Made by a program: the position numbers and the translations under genes. From NCBI GenBank assembly GCA_023382175.1, contig JAMCQB010000153.1, positions 1,713-60,522 on the forward strand: a stretch of DNA of 58,810 bases, in the 5' to 3' direction. This document shows positions 27,222 through 36,844 of this stretch, piece after piece (positions within the stretch are counted from its first letter, which is position 1; each line of letters starts with the position of its first letter). Below the pieces are notes generated by a model. That model saw only the letters and a list, made by a program, of their open reading frames with translations, was not told the DNA's origin and did not search any database. Source of the DNA: Nitrospirota bacterium. Lineage in GTDB: Bacteria; Nitrospirota; Thermodesulfovibrionia; Thermodesulfovibrionales; UBA9159.

Positions 27222-27380
27222 TCATATCCAGTGTATACATTTCCGTCTCGTCCCCTGTTCGCAGGAAGACATTTCGAAAATATGTTTTATGAGAGAGGGC
27301 CTTTCTTTAAGGTCCACATCGAAGTAAAAGGCACTCTCCATAAGAATTCCGACGACGTCTTTCATGCTCAGCAAATCCAT
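27222..27380 (-). CDS. Small hypothetical protein (52 aa), absent from the ORF track
   Basis: RBS GGAGAAAGGA, then MDLLSMKDVVGILMESAFYFDVDLKERPSLIKHIFEMSSCEQGTRRKCIHWI*; its stop abuts the SBP stop. Confidence 0.55.
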   Translation of the reverse strand: MDLLSMKDVVGILMESAFYFDVDLKERPSLIKHIFEMSSCEQGTRRKCIHWI

Positions 27381-27426
27381 TCCTTTCTCCTCAGTTGTCC
27401 CGAAAATATCTTAAATACATTTTTTA

Positions 27427-27502
27427 CCACAGAGGTCACAGAGGAAACCGAGAAAGATCTAATTCTTTTTTTAATTTTCTACGAACTCTGTGTTCTCTGT
27501 GG
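27427..27502. repeat. Palindromic element with 9-nt periodic arms (CCACAGAG.../...CTCTGTGG)
   Basis: CCACAGAGgtCACAGAG ... AT-rich spacer ... CTCTGTGttCTCTGTGG. Confidence 0.75.
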
Positions 27503-27576
27503 CTAAATTTTCATCCCCCTTTGTGAGTCAAAGGCTCGTGTGGGTTTGCTCATGAATACCAGTCCCGCGTAAAGAA

Positions 27577-27822
27577 TCAGCGGTTGCCCTTTTTCTTTCT
27601 CTTTTTTCCGGAAAGGTAGGCCTCTGAAGGCCTCCATCCAAAGGACACGAGACTCCACAGCAGACCCAGGACTCCTCCCATGACCTTCTCTGCCAAAAGG
27701 GTGATGATTGTTGCAATGGCCATGAACGGCAGGCATATCACATAGACCAGCCCGACCATGGGCCCCAGGACCAGGGCACTTATCCTCTGTCCGATGCTGT
27801 TTTCTGCCTGGTAGGTAAGCAT
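27577..27822 (-). CDS. Small membrane protein
   Basis: RBS AAAGGAGG; hydrophobic LVLGPMVGLVYVICLPF...; basic tail FGWRPSEAYLSGKKRKKK. Confidence 0.75.
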   Translation of the reverse strand: MLTYQAENSIGQRISALVLGPMVGLVYVICLPFMAIATIITLLAEKVMGGVLGLLWSLVSFGWRPSEAYLSGKKRKKKGNR

Positions 27823-27981
27823 TTTCTTTTCCTCCTTTCCTTTTTCTTGATTTCACTATAGCAGGGAATTGAACGGGATATAATTGGAAGAAGTTCTTAG
27901 TTCCATCAGAATTTCTTACTATATGAGGGGCAAAGATTTTCTATCGCTCTGGGGAAAGGATGCCTCTGAGAAAAAGGGATT

Positions 27982-29082
27982 TTATCGATAAAGCCTTGTG
28001 CGTTTGTAGAAAAATGGCTTGAGCACCTTAAGGGCTGCAACGGAAAGCGCGGGCTTGAACAGCCACGGGATGAATGACCTGCTTCCAAGGCAGCGCCCGC
28101 AGTGAGGATGAACAAGCTGAAACTTTCTGAACCCTCTCATGATTTTTCCCATTTCATCAGTGGAAAGCACTTCTTTCAGGGATGCAGTGGTGAGATTGCC
28201 GACTGCTGTCCGGCCATCAAAGTCTATGCAACAGAGCGTAACATCTCCGTTATAAAGGATGCCGAAGTGGTCCTTCATGCCGAAACAGTATCCACCCCAT
28301 GCTTTACGTATTGGCCCCTCATCGAAGGCATTCCCCCAGTCTTCAAGAATATAAGTTTCGAAATGAACGCCGGGCGAGACCTCCACCACATTCCACTTGT
28401 ACGACACCAGTTTCCGGATGCGCTCCAGCGCTTTTCTTCTCTTTACCGACTCCACCCCGAGAATGTCATAGAGAGCGCCCGCCCAGTAGGTAAGGGTGCC
28501 TCGCAATTCTTCCGTGGAAGAGATAACCCTCACTGCGCCCACCTTTTTCTCCATCTCTCTTTTCCGGATCCTTGTGTTCAGAAAACGGAATTTGAATAGT
28601 GTTTCCGGCCATCTCGACCTGTACGAACGGAAGAAGGTAAGGATGCCGCGGAGGTAAGCATCAAAGGTAAGAGTCCTCGATTTTCTGAGGGTGAAGGAGC
28701 GGGCATCAGGTGTCTGCAAGGAAATATCGATCTGGTGGAGATTGTATTCCAGAAGACGTTTCCCCACCTCACCCCCGAGGCCTGCGCTGTTTGTGGTGAG
28801 ACCGATCTTCATCCCTCTGTTCAGGGCATGGGAGAGGATATCAAAAAAGCGGGGATGCAGAGTGGGCTCTCCCATCACATGAAAAGTGATCTTCTCACAT
28901 ATCCCGTTCTCAGCGATTTCATTGATAATGCGTTTGGCAAGATCAGGATCCATAGAGCCCGGGGGTCTTTTCATAAGAGATTTCGGACAGAACAGGCAGT
29001 TGAAGTCGCAGATATTGGTAAGTTCAATGTGAACCCTCTGGAGGGGGATCTCAATATGTCCGAATCGACGCTTTTTTCCCAT
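27982..29082 (-). CDS. Radical SAM protein with a SPASM/twitch-like C-terminal domain
   Basis: ELTNICDFNCLFC (CxxxCxxC), GEPTLHP, TTN, and C-terminal YC...GDVTLCC.D...CGRC. Confidence 0.9.
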   Translation of the reverse strand: MGKKRRFGHIEIPLQRVHIELTNICDFNCLFCPKSLMKRPPGSMDPDLAKRIINEIAENGICEKITFHVMGEPTLHPRFFDILSHALNRGMKIGLTTNSAGLGGEVGKRLLEYNLHQIDISLQTPDARSFTLRKSRTLTFDAYLRGILTFFRSYRSRWPETLFKFRFLNTRIRKREMEKKVGAVRVISSTEELRGTLTYWAGALYDILGVESVKRRKALERIRKLVSYKWNVVEVSPGVHFETYILEDWGNAFDEGPIRKAWGGYCFGMKDHFGILYNGDVTLCCIDFDGRTAVGNLTTASLKEVLSTDEMGKIMRGFRKFQLVHPHCGRCLGSRSFIPWLFKPALSVAALKVLKPFFYKRTRLYR

Positions 29083-29234
29083 GGAGGATCTTCCTGCCCA
29101 TTATTATAGCGGCCCGCCCTATCGAATACAATTCTTGAGAACTCCTGAAGGATGCCTTGGGTGGATGGCTGGAGTCGGAGGGAAGTAAGAATTTCTCTTT
29201 TCAGAACAGTAAGCGGTTTTTTAGATAACTGGGG

Positions 29235-29268
29235 AAAAACCTCCGGGGAATCTTCCCCGGAGGTTTTT
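29235..29268. terminator. Rho-independent terminator downstream of fhs (bidirectional form)
   Basis: AAAAACCTCCGGGGA-atct-TCCCCGGAGGTTTTT. Confidence 0.85.
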
Positions 29269-29292
29269 CTGGGAACATATTGGCAACCGTTA

Positions 29293-31056
29293 TTAGAACA
29301 GGCCTTTCACTTTCCCGGTTTCCACATCAACATCGACTCTGCGGTAGGCAGGGTCTGATGCTGTTCCCGGCATGAGCTTGATCGCTCCTGCAACCGGGAC
29401 AACGAAGCCTGCCCCTTTATAGGTCAGGATATCACGGACATGGAGTTTCCAGCCCTTCGGCACTCCCTTCAGGTTCGGGTTGTCGGTAAGGCTGAGGTGG
29501 GTCTTGACCATGCAGGTGCCGAGCTTTGCGATCTCGGGATCTTCCTCCATCCTCTTTGCCTTTGCAAGGGCTTCAGGAGAAAACTCTACGCCATCTGCGC
29601 CATACACCTCAGTGGCGATGAGTTCAATGCGCTTGCGGAGAGGCGTTGTAAGGTCATAGAGGAACTTGAAGTTACTGGGTTCGTTGCATGCATCCACAAC
29701 AGCGTCAGCCAGTTCCAGGGCGCCTTCACCCCCATACTGCCAGTGCTTCGACAGGGCAACCCTCGCCCCTGAAGTCTCTGCAATCCTCCTGACTGCTTTG
29801 ATCTCATTGTCGGTGTCGGTGTAGAAGGCGTTGATGCAGACAACGGGATTTATACCTGCCTTTTTCACAACATTTACCAGGTGAATGAGGTTCTCGCAAC
29901 CCTTTTCGACCCATCCGATATTTTCTCCCTTGTATTCCTCAGGTATGGGCTTACCGGGAACCGGAATGGGCGCGCCTCCATGACACTTCAGCGCCCTTAT
30001 GGTGGCAACAAGCACCGCAGCATTGGGCTTTAAGCCTGAGAATCTGCATTTCAGGTTCCAGAACTTCTCAAAACCGATATCGGCAGCAAACCCCGACTCT
30101 GTAACATTGTAATCGGCGAGTTTGAGGCCGACCCTGTCGGCTATGATGGATGACTGTCCGATAGCGATATTCGCAAAGGGTCCTGCATGGACAAGGACAG
30201 GCTGGCCTTCTATGGTCTGCATGAGGTTCGGATTGAGGGCCTCCACCATCCATGCGGTCATGGCGCCGGCTACGTCGAGATCTCCGGCCGTGACCGGCTT
30301 GCCGCTCTTGTCGTAAGCAACCACGATCTTCCCCATCCGTTCTCTCATATCTTTGAGGTCCTTTGCAACCGCAAGAATTGCCATTATTTCCGATGAAACG
30401 GCAATGGCAAAACCGGACCGCATCATGAAACCGTCGTCCTTACCGCCCAGGCCAAGGACAATGTCCCTGAGGGACTGTGCGCAGAAGTCCATTATCCATT
30501 TCATCTCCACGTTCCGCGGGTCGATGTTGAGCCTTTTGAGTTTACGCTTTGCAAGCTGCTCGTCCGTGTAGTTGAATTCGTGCTGCATGCGAGAGGTGAG
30601 GGCGACCATGGCAAGGTTGTGGGCGTTCATGATGGCGTTGATATCGCCGGTAAGTCCCAATGAAAACGGGGTAAGGGGAATGCACTGGGAAAGACCGCCT
30701 CCCGCTGCCGAGCCCTTGATGTTCATGGTGGGCCCGCCGGAAGGCTGTCTGATGGCGGCAATAACTTTCTTTCCCCTTTTCCCGAGACCCTGGGTGAGAC
30801 CCATGGTGGTCGTTGATTTTCCCTCGCCCAGAGGCGTCGGGGTAATGGCTGTTACATCGATATACTTGCCGTCCTGCCTGCCGCTGAGCCTTTTCAGGAT
30901 TTTGTTGAAGTCAAGCTTGGCTACATAATGTCCGTGGGGCAGGAGTTCTTCCTTTTCGAGCCCCAGTTCTTCACCGAGCTGATACACGGTTTTCATGCGC
31001 GTTTCGGCTTCTTCCGCAATTTCCCAGTCCGCATGTTTGGTTGGGTCAAGTGCCAT
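29293..31056 (-). CDS. fhs: Formate--tetrahydrofolate ligase
   Basis: [59 protein letters not shown]. Confidence 0.97.
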   Translation of the reverse strand: MALDPTKHADWEIAEEAETRMKTVYQLGEELGLEKEELLPHGHYVAKLDFNKILKRLSGRQDGKYIDVTAITPTPLGEGKSTTTMGLTQGLGKRGKKVIAAIRQPSGGPTMNIKGSAAGGGLSQCIPLTPFSLGLTGDINAIMNAHNLAMVALTSRMQHEFNYTDEQLAKRKLKRLNIDPRNVEMKWIMDFCAQSLRDIVLGLGGKDDGFMMRSGFAIAVSSEIMAILAVAKDLKDMRERMGKIVVAYDKSGKPVTAGDLDVAGAMTAWMVEALNPNLMQTIEGQPVLVHAGPFANIAIGQSSIIADRVGLKLADYNVTESGFAADIGFEKFWNLKCRFSGLKPNAAVLVATIRALKCHGGAPIPVPGKPIPEEYKGENIGWVEKGCENLIHLVNVVKKAGINPVVCINAFYTDTDNEIKAVRRIAETSGARVALSKHWQYGGEGALELADAVVDACNEPSNFKFLYDLTTPLRKRIELIATEVYGADGVEFSPEALAKAKRMEEDPEIAKLGTCMVKTHLSLTDNPNLKGVPKGWKLHVRDILTYKGAGFVVPVAGAIKLMPGTASDPAYRRVDVDVETGKVKGLF

Positions 31057-31160
31057 ACATTCCTCCTCATTTCACCATTGGGATTAGTTATTGTGGCCGC
31101 TCGGACGAGCGTTGTTAACCCCTTTAAGATATCGCAACCGAATGGTTGCTGCAGTGTGCG

Positions 31161-31616
31161 TTAATAACTGATCAGGGCGTTCAGGAACTTCTCGTTCATC
31201 TGTCTGAGGTTTTTGCTCAGAACAAGAATAAGCCTCTTCATTATCTTTGATGCGAGGAGGAGGTCTTCATTCTCCATTCTCTCAAAATCCTCTTTCGGTA
31301 TGCACAGGACCACTGTATCTTCAAGGGAGACTGCATTCGCTTCGTGGATCCTGTGTTCGATGATCGAAAGCTCACCAAAGAAACTGCCCTTTGTCAGGAC
31401 TGCCAGTGTCTGTTTCCAGCCGTCAGGGGTGATCTTTGAGATCTCGACCTTTCCTGAATGTATGAGGAAGATGCCCTTTGTGTCTTCCTTTTCCCTGAAG
31501 ACATGCTCTCCCTTCTTGAAGGGGATTTCCTTAACCACGCCGGCCATTTTCTTAAGTTCCGAAGCATCAAGGTCCTCGAGAAGGATCTGTTCCTTCAGCA
31601 TTTCCAGGCTTACCAT
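31161..31616 (-). CDS. Stand-alone cyclic-nucleotide-binding domain protein (no HTH)
   Basis: GEHVFREK...SGKVEI...GSFFGELS...HEANA; ATG at 31616 after GGAGGTG; about 151 aa. Confidence 0.88.
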   Translation of the reverse strand: MVSLEMLKEQILLEDLDASELKKMAGVVKEIPFKKGEHVFREKEDTKGIFLIHSGKVEISKITPDGWKQTLAVLTKGSFFGELSIIEHRIHEANAVSLEDTVVLCIPKEDFERMENEDLLLASKIMKRLILVLSKNLRQMNEKFLNALISY

Positions 31617-31733
31617 GTCACCTCCGGGAGATATCTCTAAGTCTCTACTATATTTTAAAGAACGCAAATTTTCAAGGGGATTCTGCAAATCCCGGTTCAG
31701 GAAAAACGAAAGAAACGGACCGGTTCATCGGCT

Positions 31734-34436
31734 CTATAAAGCCTTTATCTTTACCGCGCAGACCTTGAGTTCAGGGATCTTGCAGACAGGGTCCGTGGCA
31801 GTGTTCGTAAGGACGTTGGCAGCAGCCTCCTTGAAATGGAAGGGGATGAATACCATGCCCCGCAAAGGCCTTTCCGTGATCTTTGCAGCGAGATCGATGC
31901 TTCCCCTTCTGGAGGAGACGGTTATCTTCTGCCCGTCGGCAATGTTAAGTCTTCGGGCATCTTCAGGATGTATTTCAACGTACGGCTGGGAGGCGATCGC
32001 CTCAATGGCAGAGGTCTTTCTGGTCATGGTGCCCGTATGATACTGGAATAACTGTCTTCCCGTGGAGAGCACGAAGGGATATTCATCATCCGGAAGTTCT
32101 GCAGAAGGCCTGTAGCTCACTGCGGTAAATCTCCCTTTTCCCCTGGGAAACCCTCCCTTGAAAAGGTATGGTGTCCCGGGATGTTCAGGGGTGGGGCAGG
32201 GCCACTGTATTCCGTGTTTCTCTATGCGACTATAGGTGATTCCTGCCACCGCAGGCCAGAGCCGGCCGATTTCCTTCATGATGTCTTCCAAGGAGTTATA
32301 TTTCATCTCATATCCGAATCTCTTGCTCAACTCAGCAATTATCCAGGAGTCCTCCCGGGCGTCCCCGGGAGGGTTGACCGCTTTCCTCACGCGCTGAACC
32401 CGCCGGTCGGTATTCGTAAAAGTACCATCCTTTTCCGCAAAGCAGGCCGCGGGCAGCACCACATCAGCGAGCTCCGCGGTTTCCGTAAGGAAAATATCCT
32501 GTACCACAAGGAACTCGAGGTTCTTCAAGGCCTTAATAGTATGGTGCATGTCAGGGTCGCTGAGCACAGGGTTCTCTCCCATGATATACATCGCCTTGAG
32601 CGTGCCGCTGATCGCAGAGTCAGTCATTTCCGTTGCGGTGAGACCGATCTTGCCCGAGAGTGAGACACCCCATTCCTTTTCGAACTTCTCCTTTGCCTGG
32701 GGCATATCGACCTTCTGATATCCGGGATATACATTCGGCGCACAGCCCATATCGCTTGCCCCCTGGACATTGTTCTGCCCCCTCAGGGGATTTACACCGG
32801 TACTTTCTTTCCCCAGATTCCCGGTCATCAGGGCAAGGTTTGCTATGGAGAACACATTGTCCGTTCCGTGGGTATGCTGCGTCATTCCCATGGTGTAATA
32901 AATTCCGGCGCGCTCCGCCTTTCCGTAAAGCATGGCTGCCTTGATTATCTTCTCCTTCGGAACACCGGTGATCTTTTCCCCCACTTCCGGTGTGAACTCA
33001 GCCAGGGAGGCCCTGAATTCTTCGAACCCCTCGGTATGGTTTTTTATGAACTCGTTATCCTCAAGGCTTTCCTTCAGTATCACATGCATGATGGCATTGA
33101 GGAGAGCCACATCAGTCCCCGGCCTCTGCTGAAGCCAGAGGTCAGCGAACCTCACGAGATTTATCCTTCTCGGGTCTGCCACAATGAGTTTCGCCCCTTT
33201 TCTGAAGGCCTTTTTCATCTTTAATCCGATGATGGGGTGGGTCTCGGTGGTATTCGAGCCTATCACGAAAATCAGGTCATTGTTTACTATCTCGGGCATG
33301 GAGTTCGTCATGGCTCCCGAGCCGAAAACCGTGGCCAGACCGGCCACCGTTGCGCTGTGTCAATACCGGGCGCAATGGTCGATGTTGTTTGTGCCGATAA
33401 CAGCCCTGACGAATTTCTGGAAGAGGTAGTTTTCCTCGTTGGTTGCCCTGGCTGAGGACAGCCCTGCGAAGGAATCGGGTCCGTGCTTGTCTCTGATACT
33501 CTTCAGCCTCTCCGCAATGTAATCCAGTGCCTCGTCCCATGAGGCTTCCCTGAATACCTCATTACGCGTAACGCGTGACGCGTCACGGGTTTTTAGAGTT
33601 ATCCTGATAAGGGGTTTCTTTAACCTATCGTGGCTGCTGATGAAATTGTACCCGAATCTTCCTTTCACGCATAACCATCCCTCATTAATGGTGTCCGCCT
33701 TTGAATCCACCCTGATCACCTCATTTCCATGAACGTGGAGGGTGAGGTTGCATCCGCAACCGCAATATCCACAGGTGGTGTCAACTTCCCTTACCTCCTT
33801 CTGGCGTCCCTTCTGTTTCCAGGACTTGCCGGTGAGGGCACCTGTGGGACAAACGGCAATGCACTGGCCGCAGAATTCGCAGTCAAGGTCTTTCTCATAG
33901 GGGGGACAGATCTTGGATTTAAATCCCCGGTAGGCAAAATCAATGGCTCCAACACCTTCGACCTCGTCGCAGACCTTTACGCACCTGCCGCAGAGGATGC
34001 ATTTTTCCATATCCCTTTCAATAAAGGGATTTCCGTCTCGTTTAGTATAGATTCTTCTTTCGCCCTCAAACCTGTTTTCCCTGATGCCGTAGAAATACGC
34101 AAGTTCCTGGAGGGTGCAGTCACCTGCCCTTTCGCATACCATACAGTCGTTGGGGTGGTCTGAAAGAATCAGCTCAAGAACTGTCTTCCTCAAGCTTTCG
34201 AGGTTGGGGCTGGTTGTGGTCACTTCCATTCCCTCACTCACGGGCGTGGTGCAGGAAGTTACCGGTCTCGGAATTCCTTTAATCTCTATGAGACAGAGTC
34301 TGCAACCCCCGAAGGGGGTAAGTTTGGGATGGTGGCAGAGGGTGGGAATGGAAATATGCAGTCTTTTTGCAGCGTCAAGAACCGTTATACCCTCAGGAAC
34401 GTTTACTGTCTTTCCGTCTATCGTGACCTTTGGCAT
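31734..34436 (-). CDS. fdhF: Selenocysteine-containing formate dehydrogenase alpha subunit (cytoplasmic, NuoG-like N-terminus)
   Basis: ORFs 33360-34469 and 31734-33347 are in the same frame, separated by TGA at 33362-33360, giving [27 protein letters not shown] is present, there is no Tat signal, and a SECIS follows the TGA. Confidence 0.93.
33327..33351 (-). other. Bacterial SECIS element
   Basis: UGA-CACAGCGC-AAC-G-GUGGCC-GGUCU-GGCCAC-G-GUU: stem-loop with an apical GGUCU, comparable in position to the E. coli fdhF SECIS. Confidence 0.85.
33561..33590. repeat. Heptamer repeat inserted in frame in the fdh gene ([10 protein letters not shown])
   Basis: a-ttacgcg-taacgcg-tgacgcg-tcacggg. 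Confidence 0.75.
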
Positions 34437-34438
34437 AG

Positions 34439-36235
34439 CTACTCCCTGCTTACCGATGCAAATTTGCATACATCAAAGCACGCACCGCACTTTATGCACT
34501 TTTCGGGATCTATTCTATGGGGCTTTTTCTTGTCGCCTGCGATCGCTCCCGCAGGACATGCCCGCCTGCAGGCACCGCAGCCTGTGCAGACCTCTTCAAT
34601 GATGCTGTAGGTTAAAAGGTCTTTACATACCTTTGCAGGACATTTCTTCTCTCTTATATGGGCTTCGTATTCTCCCCGGAAGTATTTCAGGGTGCTGAGA
34701 ATGGGATTGGGAGCTGTCTGTCCCAAGCCGCAGAGGGACGCTGCTTTGACATCGGCACAGAGTGTTTCGAGAAGTTCAATGTCCCCTTCTTTGCCGAGGC
34801 CTCTTGTGATCCGGTCGAGTATTTCGAGCAGCCTCTTTGTACCGATCCTGCAGGGTACACATTTCCCGCAGGATTCGGCCTGGGTGAATTCGAGGAAGAA
34901 TTTTGCGATATTGACCATGCAGTCAGTTTCGTCGAGGACGACCATTCCCCCGGAGCCTATGATGGATCCGACGCGGCCCAGTGATTCAAAATCTACGGGC
35001 GTATCAAGAAGTTCAGCGGGAATGCAGCCGCCTGAGGGTCCTCCGGTCTGGACGGCTTTGAACTGTTTGTTGCCGATAATACCGCCGCCGATATCGTAAA
35101 TGATCTCGCCGAGTCTAATGCCCATGGGAACTTCAATAAGTCCTGTGTTCTTCACCTTGCCGGTGAGAGCAAAGACCTTTGTCCCCTTGCTCTTCCCGGT
35201 GCCTATTGCGGAGTACCATGCAGCGCCGTTCCGGATAATGTAGGGGATGTTCGAGAGCGTCTCTACATTGTTGATGACCGTGGGCTTTCCCCAGAGACCT
35301 TTGTGAACAGGGAAGGGGGGCTTCGCTCTCGGCATGCCTCTCTCTCCTTCAATGGAGGCGATAAGGGCGGTCTCCTCACCGCACACAAAGGCTCCGGCCC
35401 CCAGCTTTATCCGCACATCGAAATGAAAGCCTGATCCGAAGAGATTGTTCCCGAGGTATCCCAGTTCATGAGCCTGTGCTATTGCAAGTTTCAGCCTGTC
35501 TACGGCTGCGGGATATTCCGCCCTGATGTAGACATATCCGAGACTGGCCCCGATGGCATACGCAGCGATCATCAGGCCTTCAACGACCGAGTGGGGATTA
35601 CCCTCGATGATGGATCTGTCCATAAATGCTCCCGGGTCGCCTTCATCGGCGTTGCAGACGATATACCTTACGTCTCCCGGCGCTTTCCGGCAGGCTTCCC
35701 ACTTCACTCCCGTGGGGAAGCCCGCTCCTCCCCTGCCGCGGATGGCCGATGCCTTTATCTCGTTGATCACATCCTCCGGCGTCATTGCAGAGACGATCTT
35801 CTTTATTCCGCTGTATCCGCCTACATTGATGTAGGCCTGGATGTCTTCAGGGTCTATGGTACCGCAATCCTTGAGGAGGATCTTCAGCTGCTTCGCATGG
35901 AAGGCGTAGTAGGAAGCGTCGATAAGCCACTCCTTTACAGGTTCCCCCTTTATAAGGTGTTCCTCGACAATCCTCTTTGCTATGTCGGGTTTTATCCCCT
36001 GATAGGTCACGCTCGTATCGCCGTCAACCACGTCAACGAGAACGTCCCTGGCGCAGAAGCCACGGCACCCGACCTTCTGGTAATGGCAGGTGAAGTCAAG
36101 TTCGATATCAACACAGAAATCGGTAATCGCCTTCTTGAAGGCTTCGATCACCTCCTTGCCCCCCGCGGCAAGACCGCCCGTGCCTATGCAGACCCTGACG
36201 ACTACCTTTTTCTTGTTCTCTTCACTTTGTTCCAC
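34439..36235 (-). CDS. NuoF/HydB-like flavin subunit (NAD-type, bifurcating signature)
   Basis: N-terminal thioredoxin-like 2Fe-2S region, GRGGAGFP, NADEGDPGAFMDR, CGEETAL, GGPSGG, ESCGKC.PCR, and two C-terminal 4Fe-4S motifs. Confidence 0.92.
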   Translation of the reverse strand: MEQSEENKKKVVVRVCIGTGGLAAGGKEVIEAFKKAITDFCVDIELDFTCHYQKVGCRGFCARDVLVDVVDGDTSVTYQGIKPDIAKRIVEEHLIKGEPVKEWLIDASYYAFHAKQLKILLKDCGTIDPEDIQAYINVGGYSGIKKIVSAMTPEDVINEIKASAIRGRGGAGFPTGVKWEACRKAPGDVRYIVCNADEGDPGAFMDRSIIEGNPHSVVEGLMIAAYAIGASLGYVYIRAEYPAAVDRLKLAIAQAHELGYLGNNLFGSGFHFDVRIKLGAGAFVCGEETALIASIEGERGMPRAKPPFPVHKGLWGKPTVINNVETLSNIPYIIRNGAAWYSAIGTGKSKGTKVFALTGKVKNTGLIEVPMGIRLGEIIYDIGGGIIGNKQFKAVQTGGPSGGCIPAELLDTPVDFESLGRVGSIIGSGGMVVLDETDCMVNIAKFFLEFTQAESCGKCVPCRIGTKRLLEILDRITRGLGKEGDIELLETLCADVKAASLCGLGQTAPNPILSTLKYFRGEYEAHIREKKCPAKVCKDLLTYSIIEEVCTGCGACRRACPAGAIAGDKKKPHRIDPEKCIKCGACFDVCKFASVSRE

Positions 36236-36698
36236 TGGATTCCTTTTTTTTCAATTCCTTGATGAGCTTTGAAGTGCTGTCCGCGGACATTTCGGCGTAG
36301 GCGCTGTTATTGACCAGGACCACGGGCGCGATACTGCAGGCCCCGACGCAACGTACGATCTCGAAGGTGAATTTCCCGTCTTCGGTTGTCTCCCCATCAG
36401 CGGCAAGGCCGAGGTCCCTTTGGATTCGTTCAGCGATCTTGCTCCCGCCCTTGACATGGCAGGCCGTCCCGCAACAGACGGAAACGATGTTCTTTCCCCT
36501 CGGTTTGAGATGGAATTGCGAGTAGAAAGTGACGACCCCGTAAAAACGGCTTGGCGGAATCTCAAGTTTTTCCGAAAAGTAATTGACCGCCTCTTCCGGG
36601 ATATATCCGAGGGCGTCCTGCGTCTCCTGAAGCAGGAATATGACATTGCCTTCCTTTTCCCTGTACTTTGTTATGATGCCGTCGAGAATGTCATTCAT
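36222..36698 (-). CDS. NuoE/HydC-like 2Fe-2S subunit
   Basis: VCCGTACHVKG...CVGAC..AP. Confidence 0.93.
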   Translation of the reverse strand: MNDILDGIITKYREKEGNVIFLLQETQDALGYIPEEAVNYFSEKLEIPPSRFYGVVTFYSQFHLKPRGKNIVSVCCGTACHVKGGSKIAERIQRDLGLAADGETTEDGKFTFEIVRCVGACSIAPVVLVNNSAYAEMSADSTSKLIKELKKKESSGTK

Positions 36699-36720
36699 AA
36701 GTTTGCCTTATGGGCGCATT

Positions 36721-36749
36721 ATTATAGTTAATTATCTGAATTTTTTCAA
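36721..36749 (-). promoter_or_regulatory. Sigma70 promoter for the nuoE2-nuoF2-fdhF unit
   Basis: Minus strand TTGAAA-17 nt-TATAAT, about 20 nt upstream of the ATG. Confidence 0.65.
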
Positions 36750-36787
36750 ACTCTTTTTTCAAACCCTTTTTTTAATACCGACCCGGG

Positions 36788-36817
36788 AAAAAAGCGCCCC
36801 GCCCGAAAAGGCGGGGC
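36788..36817 (-). terminator. Rho-independent terminator after the NuoG-like gene
   Basis: Minus strand GCCCCGCC-ttttcg-GGCGGGGC-gcTTTTTT. Confidence 0.8.
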
Positions 36818-36844
36818 AAGTGGAGGTCAGCCCGGTACAGAAAT

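Noticed and set aside
31057-31160. Possible THF or ZMP/ZTP riboswitch upstream of fhs
   Set aside because: Only two short hairpins (GCAACC-attc-GGTTGC and GCTCG-tc-CGAGC) and no recognisable consensus; an Rfam cmscan would be needed to settle it.
31734-34469. Two separate genes or a nonsense pseudogene for FDH
   Set aside because: The TGA sits exactly at the catalytic ligand position and is followed by a SECIS-like hairpin.
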